From Chara braunii (Eukaryota > Plantae > Charophyceae): a stretch of DNA of 63,197 nt. The notes below the pieces were generated by a model, which was not told the origin of the DNA, made no database searches, and was given only the letters and a program-made list of their open reading frames with translations. Location of the stretch: the NCBI GenBank assembly GCA_003427395.1, contig BFEA01000005.1, forward strand, positions 8,461,063 to 8,524,259. The letters run 5' to 3'. Positions 51,362 through 63,197 of the stretch are shown in pieces; position 1 is the first letter of the stretch; each line of letters opens with the position of its first letter. The translations under genes were made by a program, and so were the position numbers.

Positions 51362-52365
51362 TGTGACAAACTACTTTCTGTAATTGCGTGACTTTCTGCG
51401 CGAAGTTGCTTTGAGGGGAACGGGACGGGCTGGTCGGGTGAAGTACGTAGGAATGGGTCGGTCGGGCGGGTTGCATGGATGCCCTCTCTTCTTTTTCGTT
51501 TTACTTTTTGATTTTTGGGCCATTACCGGGAAAAGTGCGGCGTAGGCAGTTAGGTGACCGCGCCTTAGCGGGAGCGAGAAATAACTGTTGCCATAGCTTC
51601 TTTCTTGTTCTGCTGTCCGCACTGGGAATTTTTGGCGCGATCGTCGCGCAGGAATATCGTTTTTGAATTTTCGAACTCGTGACGAGCCCCCGCGGGCTTT
51701 CGAAATTATTTTTCTTTCGGAATTCTTTTTTGCAATTAGGATTTAGACTAGGAATTCAGGTACCTTGCAATTTGGCTGCACGGCGCATCTTGCTTGCATG
51801 CACCGTGCCTCGGCAAGATCTGGTCTCTACCTGTGCGTCTTAATCTTGCATGTAACTGTAATTTTTGGCGGGCGCAATTGCAACCGTAATCTTCTTGTTC
51901 TTGACGTCCCTCGTGTTTCCTCTTTCCCGCCTCGCCCTCGCTCGTGTATCACGGTGTATGCACATCCCTTCCTCAGTTCTAATTGGTCCCCATATTGCAT
52001 GACTGGATCGACGCCTGGCCGCGGCCTGGCCACGCAAACGTAGACACCTCCTCCTCTCTTCTACTTTGCCATAATCCCAGGTCCCTTGCGCAAGCATGCA
52101 TGCTATAAATTTCGCAAGTGCGATTAGTTGCCTCTCTCTGAGTTTGGAAGGTTAGCGTGGTCAGTGAGGATCGGCTAACGAGTAACTTGGAAGGTGAGTT
52201 GAGTGAGTCGGGGGACCCGGCGAGCTGGTGCCGAGTAAGCGGGGTTGATGTGCGGGCCACAACGGACTGTGGCGCACGGGCAAACTTGGCCTGCGTGCTC
52301 GGACTAAGCGGGGTGATGACTCAGTGTTGGTGCGAGGCGACGGACTGCCCACATCGGAAGTGATG

Positions 52366-52454
<89 letters not shown>

Positions 52455-52484
52455 NNNNNNNNNNNNNNNNNNNNNNNNNNNNNN

Positions 52485-52549
<65 letters not shown>

Positions 52550-53266
52550 TGTCGAGGTGGTGTCTTTTCCTCCCTCATCTCTGTGGTTTTGACAAGTGGT
52601 GCCAGCCATCTTCTTACCCATGACTATCTTTGGTTTTTGTCCTTCTCGATGATTGGCTTGATCTTCCTTCTTTACTCCTGCTTGTATTGCAAGTTTGTCG
52701 AGATCGGGTACGACGATTGTCTATGTATGGCTTCGATGAGCTTGGGCTATGACGATGTGGTCTTATTCGGTTGCGAAGATTGATGCATGAACCTTGTCGA
52801 TTTCCCGTTCGGTTTTCCTGGTCCTTGAATGTCGATCAATGCATGGGTATCACCGTATCAGGTCTAGGGGAAAAATGGGTATTCAAAACTAAGCTATCGG
52901 ACGGAGGCCGAACAGCGAACGCACAACCTCCGCCTGAGGCCAGCCTCGTCGGATTCCGAGGCTTGCCACGAGCGACACCAGCGATTGATCAGACAACGTG
53001 ACACCCATAGCGTTACGCCAGTACACCAAATTCGAGTCCGGCCTCGGCAACAAAACCTGCGAGGATGGTGATGACATCCCTCGAGGCGTAAGAGTCAGCC
53101 ACGACCCGTGCTTACCATCTTGCACAATTGTCCTAGAGACTTTCCACAGGAGATCCCAGTTCCGACCTGGGACTCCAACCCTACTATCCTAAAATCCTTG
53201 GCACACCCCCTTTCGCACGTTCGGGCCTCCATTTCACTCCGATCAGGAAGTCGCGTTGGGCGTGAG
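51362..53266 (+). repeat. 5' LTR (~1.9 kb, contains TATA at 52104 and (GA)n)
   Basis: 51362-52331 is colinear with 61386-62372; the repeat ends just before the PBS. Confidence 0.8.
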
Positions 53267-53268
53267 GT

Positions 53269-53281
53269 TGGTATCGGAGCC
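53269..53281 (+). promoter_or_regulatory. Primer binding site, tRNA-iMet type
   Basis: TGGTATCGGAGCC versus canonical TGGTATCAGAGCC. Confidence 0.85.
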
Positions 53282-53429
53282 AGCACGTGGCAAACTCACG
53301 AATTGACAAGCGGGTAGGCCCCCCTAGTTAAAGCGATCTGGCAAACGAGGGTGACCTAGGCAAAGGAACACGCCGAGACGCGACCCAATATTGACCCGGT
53401 GTAGGTCGGTGGGTCGGCAGGTCGTCAAC

Positions 53430-56400
53430 ATGAATGCCAATCAAGCGCAAAACGCTAATGTACAACTAGGAGGGTACCTATTACCGCGCCACCAGTCCGA
53501 TCCCGCGCACCTGTGGCTCCGCCTGATTTGTATCTCTCTGACCCCGCACATCACCTAGCCGGGGCATGGATGGCCACATTGCGTGCACAACAATGCGACA
53601 ATGATGAAGCTCAAATTAACATCCCCGCCAGGTTGGGAGGGGATGCACACCACTGGTTCAGCACTTACGTTTGGGTGGATCTCCCGACCTTCGAGCGGGA
53701 TTTCTTAAACCGATTCGATTATATCCATCCGGAACAGGCACTTTTTATGATCAAAGATCTGGTTCAGAAACCACTCGAATCCATCACTGAATATCAGAAT
53801 CGGTTTTATAGGATGTTCGTCAAAACGCAGAGAGGGGAAGAGGTCGACAGAGATCTATTCATTGACGGGTTTCGAAGTCGGACAATGAGGGCGAAATTGT
53901 GAAAGCAGTTCTTCTCGATCAATCATACCCTACAGCAGATCATGTCTGCTGCGGAGGAAATGGAAAGGAAATTTGTCGCCAACTTCCTAGAAGGAGAGGA
54001 TTACCCCAAGGAAGGGGATTCCTCAGAACTGGCCAGAGCAAAGTCCGAGCTAGCTGCACTTCAAAACAAATTCGAAAACATGGGCTTCATCTCTGGTCCT
54101 GTCACCTATCTAGAACAAATCGCAACCAAGAGGCCAGTGTCGGACACAGCTACGGGACTGCCTGTACCTGTTATGGTCGCCTCTGCACTCCCCCGACTCC
54201 TCGGCAAGGCCAAGCGAATAGAATGCGATACTAGAACTGACTTGAACCTTAGTTAGCTTGATGCAGGAACGTAAGAAGGAACAACGTGAACACAATGCCA
54301 GGATAGAATCATTGATGAGATTGATGTGTCCATTGTCGTCAGGGCCGCGCCAGTGCCACAAGGAATCGCCCCCGCTCAGGCCATGGGTGGAGAGGCGGCC
54401 AATTTGAACGTTTGTTACACGTGTCATCAGCCGGGCCACATAACCCGAGATTTCCCACACCGACCTGCACAAGCTCAAGTTGGAGCCGCCCTTGTGGCCA
54501 CTGCACCTGTGGCCAACGGGCCAGGACGGGTAGGTACGATGATTGAAGAAATAGAAGGTGGAGGAAGTACGGTAGCCGCTACTGAGGAAGCGGCAGAACT
54601 CATCCCGCTTGACCAATACATCGCCTTGGGTTATCCGGGACTGGGAATGATAGGAACCATCCGCCCTGCGAATGAAAGGCAAGAGGTATCCGAATGGAGA
54701 CCGTCTCCGTGGGAAATGGAGTCAGGTGGCCCTACCTTTGTTACTAGGGAGATCGATGTTTTGGACATCGTCCAAGCCTTGGATCACCGAATTCCGTTGC
54801 CCATTGGGCACCTGTTGTCCATATCCGAACAAACCAACGAACGGATACTGCAGCATTGCAAGACAAACAGGAAACAGTTTGCTATTATCAAGTTAGTAGC
54901 ACAAAAAGGGAAGGCCCCTGCTCTCGAAGACAAGCCAAACACTCTTAATACTTCGGACCCGATACGGTTAGGAATAATTCAAAAGGACAACCATTTTCGG
55001 CGGATTGCCATTCCGTGGAAGTCCACAGAATGCGATATCGAGGTTTGGGGAATTTCGTATAATGCCATTATGGATTCGGGAGCTGCAGTCTTGGCTATCT
55101 CGTTGAGAGTCGTAGAGCGGGCAGGAAAAAGAAATGATCTAATTACATTAACGGAAGGAGATCATCTTGTCTCAGCGGATGAAGAGAAAATCAAAGCGGT
55201 AGGTAGAATGACGAACGTTGCTTTTCGATTAGGGAAAATTCACGCCCTAGGGGATGTCGTAGTACTAGATGTGAACAGTAAACACATACGATGTCCTTCT
55301 GAGACTACCCGCCCTCACAACATTACGGGCTAACCTGGACTTTGAGAGGAGATCAGTTATCCTTCGAAACACAGGCGGAAAGCCGTATGTTATTCCGATG
55401 CGATTAACTCTTCGGACCACGCTGCCCCCGACTCCGAAAGCCCCGCCTGGAACCAAGGAACCCCTCCGGGTGATCATGTGGAAGGAACCAATCCATGAAG
55501 AGGATCAAAAGGGAAAAGAACACGAGTCACCTTGCAGCTCATCCGATAGCGACAATGGTACGGATCCCATAATCCAGGATATGACGCACCAACTGATCCG
55601 CTACCCCATCCGACAAAAGATGACGAAAATGTTCGTCCTTACGGAGAAAAACGTCCAGCGAACACGGGCTCTGATCTTCGGAGAGCCGCTCGTACAAGTA
55701 TCCCGGATGATCGATTCTTCGGAGCCCCCTCGAACCCTATACGAGGCCACCTCCCCACTTCTCTCGAGATACCGGGAGAAGAAGACGTTTTGTGACATTA
55801 CAGGGCTACCTTATTCCTTGTTGTCTTCGGGAAAGGAGGTGCGATTATTACGGTAGGGGGCCGAGAGCGAAGCTTTGGAACCCCCTCGGCGTAGTGACTC
55901 TACACCCTATGAACTCATAATCAATATCGTTGAGAAGCCAATATGTTGGCAGGACATCAGCGATGGCCCCGAAAAAACACGTGGCCATCCGAGAGGAAGA
56001 TGCTCAAATGGTCGCAACCGTGTTTTCCTAGCGGTCGGACAACTCCTTTATCTCTGCTCCCCCTGCGGAGAGCAGCAATAGAATGGGCACGAAACAAGTA
56101 ACGGTCCACATACAGGGACAGTCGTACGAGCTGCATGTGCCTCAGTACATGCCCGATGAAACCCATCGACTGATCGCTGAAATCTTGACCGAGTACCAGG
56201 GGGCGATTAGTGTAAAGGATACAAATATCGAGCTATCGTTAGTTATTCAGCCGGTCCAGGGCGTTAGTACCAGGGGACGCACCCGCCGATTCATTGTAAG
56301 CCGTACCAATATTCTCTTGCGGAACGGAAAATAGCATTACAAAAAATTAGAGAATTTGAGGCTAACGGGTGGATCGAACCATCAACCGGTCCTTGGTCAT

Positions 56401-59031
56401 TTCCCGTGGTCTTAGTCCCGAAGAAAAATGGGTCGATTCACATTTGCATTGATTACAGAAAGTTGAATGAGATCACGATCAAGGATGTGTACCCCCTTCC
56501 CCGGATTGATGATCTGTTGGATGCGATTGGGTGTGCTAATTATTTTAGTAAGTTTGATATTCGCCATGGATTTCACCACATTCTGGTTAAGGAGGAGGAT
56601 CGGTCGAAGATGGTCTTTGCGTTATTCAACGGCACCTGGCAATGGGTTCGCTGCCCGATGGGAATTTGCAATGCACCTGCTACTTTCCAGAGAGCGATGA
56701 ACGTCACGTTTCAGAATTTCGTCAACAAGACCAGGCTGGCATGATTAATTTTTGCGTTATTGTGTACATGGACGACATCCTGGTCTACTCGGAATCGTTC
56801 CACGGGCATGCGCAGCATATCGAGTGGACACTCAGAGTATTCTAGGGCGCTGGCTTCAAGATTGCACTGGAGAAAAGTGAGTTTTTCCTCTCGGAGATCT
56901 CGTTCCTGGGGTACGTGGTGACCCGGGGAGGCTTACGACCAGATTCGAGAAATGTCGCAGTCGTTCGATAAGTCCCTACTCCTACAACGTTGACACAAGT
57001 CCGGGCCTTTTTGGGGCTGGCCTCGTACTGTCGCCGATGTATCAAGGGTTTTGATGTCATCGACTCGAAGAAGCAGTTCATACTCATTACGGACTGGCAG
57101 CCTGAAGCAATCTCCGCTATTTTGGCTTAGAAAGGGCAGGACGGTCGCAAACACGTCATCGAGTATGCTTTGCGAACGGTACCGGACGAGAGGAGAAACG
57201 ATTCGGCTCCTCAGGGAGAATGCAACGTGGTTGTTTGGGGGATTCAACACTTCCATCCGTATCTGTACGGACAAAAGTTTCTCCTCGTCACGGACCATAA
57301 GCCCCTACTGACTCTCAAGAGGCTTACCAACTACACGGGCATGATTGGACGCTGGGCTGTGCAAATGCAAGAATATGATTTTGATATCGTCCACCGGAAG
57401 ATAGAGAAGCACAGTAACGCTGACGGACTGACACGATTGCACCGGCCTAACAAGGTGGTCAAGGGCGAAGAGATTACACCGTGGAAGAAACCGGAACCAA
57501 CCAGCGGGCCCACGTACGGACATGTGGCCATCCTCCCTTGAAAGAAATGATCGGCAACCACAATGGCGATGGAGCATGAAGGTAATCTCGAAGGTTCTCT
57601 TTCTCCCCTCTCGACTTCGTCTTTTCTCTCCATACCCGACAAATTTTGCTATTTTTGTGAGGCAATCTCGAGAGTCTATTTGGTCCTATGCGTCCTCGTG
57701 GAGAAGGGTATGTCGAGTGGGTAGACTTTCAGCGGTGTGTCTCCCGAGCTCACGGTTCTTGCATTTAGTACAGAAAGATGGACAAATCCTAGTTGTGTCT
57801 CTTATGTCGAACCGATAAAATTCCGACGGAAGCTCGATTTCTCAAAGCCACGTCTGAAGGGTTGGAAAAGACCCGACGGTTTAGAAGGGCCGAGGTATGG
57901 ACATATGTCGTTTTGATAGCCGCGGTGGTTGGGAACTCCCTCCGAGATTTCACTAAGGAGGACCGGAGGAGGGCCAATGAGAGGGCACGAGACTATCGAT
58001 GGAACGAAGGACGGTTAGAAAAGCGAAAGACGAATGGTAGTGGGATCTGGATGTCCGTGCCTCATCCGTTCATGAGGTATGACTGGGTTAAATCGGCCCA
58101 CAAGGAGACTCCGGTTCACTTCGCCGTCCGGATCACGGAGGCGGCGATTGATAGAATGAATGGTATTGGTCCAATATTCGCGACAATGTTAAATTCATCG
58201 TCCGAAATTGTCCAGTCTGTGCCGTTGACAAGGCGCCGATTCAACCGTCTAGAACGATAGTGCCTACCGTAGTTGAACGGTCGTTCCAGAGAGTGAGCAT
58301 AGATACCACTGATATTGGCGTGCCCTCTGGACCGAATAGTTGTGAATATTCAATACTTTTGGTGTTTGTAGATCATTTTTCAAAATGGATTGAGGCGTAT
58401 CCTTGCAAGACACGACAAGCAGCGGAGATCGCGCGGTAGTCTTAAAAAATCTAGTCCTACATGGTGTCTCCATCGCAACATTTCCTCTCATACGTCGCAA
58501 TCGAACGGACTGGTCGAAAATGCGAACCGAGTAATTAAGACGGCATTACGACGTAATATAGAGGCGAGAGACACCAGACCCTGGCCTAATATCGTGGATC
58601 ATATCTTGACCATTCATCAGGGGACACCCCATGAGTCCACTAGCCTGACCCGGTTCCAATTACAGGCCAATAGCGTGACCTGTATAGCCCTACCGAGCAT
58701 AAATGACGAAACGACCCTTCCGCGACGAGCCACTAGAACGACGGTCAAGGATAAGGCCCAACGCCATCTGGAATTAATGGAAAAGGCCCTCCCCCGATTA
58801 GCCCGAAAAAGACAGCGGATGACTGAAATGTCCCACGGACGACAGATCCGGAGCTACGACGCCCGAAATGGGAACGTTGGGCCTCGGCCCCAATACAAAT
58901 TAGGGGACATAGTGCAGGTGAGGAAATGTGCTCGCCGGGGTAAGTTAGCGCCACGATTCTTCGAGCGATTTCGCATTGTTGAGCTCGGTCCTAGCGGAGT
59001 GAACACGGTGCGGCGTGCGTCGGAGGTGTAG
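53430..59031 (+). pseudogene. gag-pol: gag-pol polyprotein remnant
   Basis: LGGDAHHWF...FLNRF; CYTCHQPGHITRD knuckle; AIMDSGA; YPLPRIDDLL; VYMDDILVYS; LVTDHKPL, NADGLTR; QSNGLVENAN. Confidence 0.93.
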
Positions 59032-59199
59032 GGAAGTCGATCGGCTCGCCCGATCATTCGACACGTGTCCTACCTTCATCCCCTCCCCTTTTCCTCTCCT
59101 CCCTCATCATCAACATCATCTCTGGTTCGCGAAGTAGACGACGACGATCCTGAATCCTCTTTTTCCTCTCAACCTTCGTCTCTACCTTCACCTCCATCG

Positions 59200-61281
59200 C
59201 GATGAGCTTTACCACTGAGTAGGTGAGCAGTGAGCGGCTAACGAGACCCGGAGGGCATATCTCGGCAATTCAGCAGGTGCATCGGCCACGATTAAGCCCT
59301 GATCTCCTTTGTTTCGCGGCTTTCTTCAGCACGACGGCCATCCACGCGGCGTCGGAATTTCGGCTTGTGCAGGCCAACCGGCTAGCACGGGTATTGGTGG
59401 AAGTCTCGGCATTTCGGCGGCTGTCTCCCCCAAGTGTCAGCCACGTGTCCGTCGTCATCACCTTCACGGGCGACCTTACGGCATTACATCCGGCGACTCA
59501 CACGACCATTTTCAGGCAACTGCAGTCTTGGGCGCGAGATATTATGGGCGCGTGGGTGCAACTGTTGGCGCAACCAGACGATCGGATCGTCTCCACAGAC
59601 GACGTCGATCTCAGCCAGATCCGAGTCTCTCCTGCCGTGCCAGAAGTCGTCATCCCGGATCTCCTCTGCTTTGCGCCGCCTGAATGAACCATCACCGCCT
59701 CTCCCTCTTCACTCTTCCGTCTCATCTCCCCACCTTTTGGCAATCTGCCATCGACGCCCTTCTATCGTTCTGAATCAGGGAGTTGACCGTGCCGATCTTG
59801 GACAACGCCAAGTGGGCGGAGTGGTGGCACGCCTACACCGCCCTCAGCTTCTGCCTCCTTGAAGTGATGTTTCACTGGGCGGAGCTGACTAATAGGGACG
59901 AGGAAGACGAGATCCCGAACGTCGAGATAGAGTTATTGATCGCGCAGGTTTGGCGGACGAATACAGAAGGGGAACTACTGGGGATACTGTGCAGGAAGGT
60001 AAGAGAGGGTCATCTGGGCGCAATCACGAACGAGCTGCTCGTATTTCTGACGCAGCTGGTGGACGATCTGCCCCTCGACATCCTGTCACGCTGCAACGAA
60101 GAGTCGGGGACGACCACGCTCACTTGTACGCTGGCGCCGCACCTCGTGTGGTCCACGTGTACTGAACTGGACGAGGTTAACTGTGTCTATCCTTCCACGG
60201 ACCTCTACCTCTCGATCGACGTTACCGATCTTAATCTGTGGGATCCGATCGTCCGGAGGACGGACTTATGCGGGTCGACGGACGAAGAGGACGAAGAAGA
60301 GGAGAGAGAAGGAGAGAGGGAAGAAGAAGAAGACAACGCGGAGGAAAGATCAGACGATCCTGATTATCGCGAATCGGAAGGAGGAAAGATCGGCAGAGGA
60401 GGAGCCAGAAGAAAGCGGATCGGGCGAGTCAACCGGCCACGCCGAGCTGAGTAAGGAGGAGGACGAGATCGCAGAACAGAGGAGAAGGGAAAAGGCGGAG
60501 GGGAAGCGACCGATCGAAGAATCGGAAAGACCATCGATGCAAGACGATTCGACGCGCAATCCGGAGCCGCCGCAGGAGGAGTTGGAGGGTAATGAAGCCG
60601 CCGCCACAGAGGGATCCAGAAGTCGCCGCCGTCAAAGAGATCAATAGCCGGCTCAATCCCCTTCATCATCGTGGCCCTCCGTTCGCCTACGTGGAAATGC
60701 GGGCGCTCGGGCTTCGTCCCCGGTCGTTATCCCGTCGCCCCCGTGACTTCCTCACCGTCCAACAGCTCCTAGGTCGCCCCCCGTTTCCCTCTAGCTGGGA
60801 CCCGTTCCCGCCTTCCCTCTTCCACCATCGCTATTCCTCCCGTCTCCTTATCACCGTCTTCCCACATGCCGCGACTCACTCCCTCGCTGCTTCCTTCCCC
60901 CTCCACGTCCTTCTCTTTAGTGTCGCATGGCAGGAGTTCAATAATATGGAGCTTAATTGCATGATCTTGGGTGCAATCCCCACCTGCGAAGAATACGAAG
61001 ACTTTCGTGCCGCGATCCCTCGCACCCTCGGCACCCTTTTCCCCAATTACCTCGCTTCTCTCCCCCATCAAGAGCAACGATTCCCCTACACCCACCGAAC
61101 CATCCACTACACACGGATCCCTGGTAATGATCATGAGCTCCGTCGCTTCATGCCTCCCCTCCCTCAAGTCCATCCTTCGCCTCCTCCCCCGGTGATAAGA
61201 TTGCCTTTCCCCGGTAACTTGCAGAAATTGAAGCCCATGATTGCCACGTTGGATGACTTCCACACTCGGATCCTACGGTAA
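59200..61281 (+). pseudogene. Additional sense ORF remnants between integrase and the 3' LTR
   Basis: Consecutive ORFs 59223-59687, 59783-60454 (acidic tail) and 60592-61281. Confidence 0.55.
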
Positions 61282-61385
61282 GTGGCACGTGCAGGCTCCA
61301 CGTCGATCATCGGATCACAGATCGACGCCTGATGAAGGAGCAAGCAGCAGCTTGCTCAAGATTGGAACCCCCTGGGCATCAAATA

Positions 61386-62372
61386 TGTGACGAACTATTT
61401 TCTGTAATAGCACGACTTTCTGCGCGAACGCCGCGAAGTTGCTTTGAGGGGAACGGGATGGGCTGGTCGGGTGAAGTACGTAGGAATGGGTCGGTCGGGG
61501 GGGTTGCATGGATGCCCTCGCTTCTTTTTCGTTTTTCTTTTTGATTTTTGGGCCAGTACCGGGAAAAGTCCCGCGTAGGCAGTTAGGTGACCGCGCCTTA
61601 GTGGCCGCGAGAAATAATTGTTGCCATAGCTTCTTTCTTGTTCTGCTGTCGAAACTGGGAATTTTTGGTGTGATCGTCGCGCGGAAATATCGTTTTTCAA
61701 TTTTCGAACTAATGACGAGCCCCCACGGGCTTTCGGAATTATTTTTCTTTCGGAATTCCTTTTTGCAATTAGGATTTAGACTAGGAATTTAGGTACCTTG
61801 CAATCTGGCTGCACAACGCATCTTGCTTGCACGCACCGTGCCTCAGCAACATCTGGGCTCTGCGTGTGCGCCTTAATCTTGCGTGTAACCGTAATTTTTG
61901 GCGGGCGCAATTGCAAGTGTAATCTTCTTGTTCTTGACGTCCTTCGTGTTTCCTCTTTCCCGCCTCACCCTCGCCCATGTATGCACATCCCTTCCTCTGT
62001 TCTAATTGGTCCCCACGTTGCATGATTGGATCGACGCGTGGAGAGTGGTTCCGTCCCCCACGTCGCGGCCTGGCCACGCAGACGTAGGCACCTCCTGCTC
62101 TCTTCTACTTTGGCATAATCCCGGGCTCCTCGCGCAAGCATGCATGCTGTAAATTTCGCAAGCGCGATTAGTTGCCTCTCTCTGAGTTTGGTAGGTTAGT
62201 GTGGTCAGTGAGGATCGGCTAACGAGTAAGTTGGAAGGTGAGTTGAGTGAGTCGGGCGACCCGACGAGCTGGTGCCGAGTAAGCGGGATTGACGTGCGGG
62301 CCACGACGGACTGTGGTGCACGAGCGAACTTGGCTTGCATGCTCTGACTAAGCGGGGTGACGACTCGGTGTT
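61386..62372 (+). repeat. 3' LTR, interrupted
   Basis: Matches the 5' LTR up to GACTCGGTGTT. Confidence 0.85.
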
Positions 62373-63197
62373 TGTAGCGAACCCGCCAGGTGTGGTGCTC
62401 CGCTAGTGACAGAGATGGAGATGGAGGAAGAAGGGGGAGCAAGTTGCCACAACGCAGCTCCCCACGCAAGACTCCAACGCACGTACTCCAAAATGTGCAA
62501 GTGATGAATGAGGCTGAAAACAGACAATGGCTGGGGTATACCCCAGCGGACTGACGGGACTGGACTGGACTGGCTGGTACCGACAGAGGTACCGGCCTGG
62601 ACTGGCCTACCCCGAATACACACAGGCCTGTGAGAACAGGCCAAGGGGCTGGTCTCACAGGCCAACCCGAGGTCCGCTACACGATCCTCGGCCTGTGATG
62701 GATCGCCTAGATACAAACATGCTTCCGGCAAGAAGCGGAACTCTACCAAAGAAAAGAAAACCTGAGTAGTCTAGGATGCGGAGCAAGCTCCATGCTGAGT
62801 CCATGCGATGCAACCTAGGATATGAAATGTCACAATACAGCAATGTCACAGCTAACAGCCTAAGTGAAAGCAGAAGCAACTAACTAACATACATGTCCTA
62901 GGAAAGCAAAAAGTAGTGACAACTAGATCCTAGAATGTTGGAGGCACTAGCCTCAGTCTGGTAACAACTGACTAGTGTATAAGTCCTAAGAACAGCAAAA
63001 GCAGAACAACTAAATCCTAGAATGTCTGAGGCAGTAGCCTCAGTCTGAGAGCAACAAAGCAATCAACAAGACAACCATATGTCACATGAGAAGTGTGTCG
63101 CACACCAAAGGGTGGGATGGTCTCTGAGGGTGGCGAATGCAGCCTAGGGGTCGAAACTCCTAAGGGCATCCACACATAGTGACAGGGGAAAACACAT
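62373..63197. mobile_element. Further LTR-like insertion nested in the 3' LTR; runs off the window
   Basis: LTR homology is lost abruptly at a TG (TGTAGCG). GGACT repeats resemble those in the solo LTR at 33.5 kb. Confidence 0.55.

Larger units (their letters stand above)
51362..62372 (+). mobile_element. Ty3/gypsy LTR retrotransposon 2 (non-chromo, extra 3' ORFs), decayed
   Basis: Paired LTRs starting TGTGAC, tRNA-iMet PBS, and gag-PR-RT-RH-IN order. Confidence 0.92.

Noticed and set aside
61330-61345. CTGATGA as a fourth hammerhead
   Set aside because: No stem II followed by GAAA.

Overview
Eukaryotic, repeat-dominated draft scaffold with many N-gaps and microsatellites. Its style (GC-rich decayed Ty3/gypsy elements, TE nests, long simple repeats) resembles a charophyte alga such as Chara; that attribution is inference. 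The recognisable content is: (1) a decayed chromovirus-type Ty3/gypsy element (~700-10110) split inside RNase H by a TIR element with an 8-bp TSD; (2) a heavily decayed minus-strand Penelope-like retroelement cluster with RT motifs at 16.2-17.6 kb, three long repeat copies, a GIY-YIG-like fragment and three type III hammerhead ribozymes; (3) several MITEs, foldback elements and a solo LTR; (4) a minus-strand host exon encoding six 46-aa tandem repeats; (5) a 7.3-kb TIR element containing a poly(A) retroposon with four copies of an unrecognised, covarying G-rich structured-RNA motif, plus an L1-type LINE with a 5' inversion; (6) a near-complete non-chromo Ty3/gypsy element with extra ORFs after integrase. 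Most ORFs in the supplied track are artefacts of microsatellites or N-gaps. All calls were made by eye; no alignments or folding programs were run.
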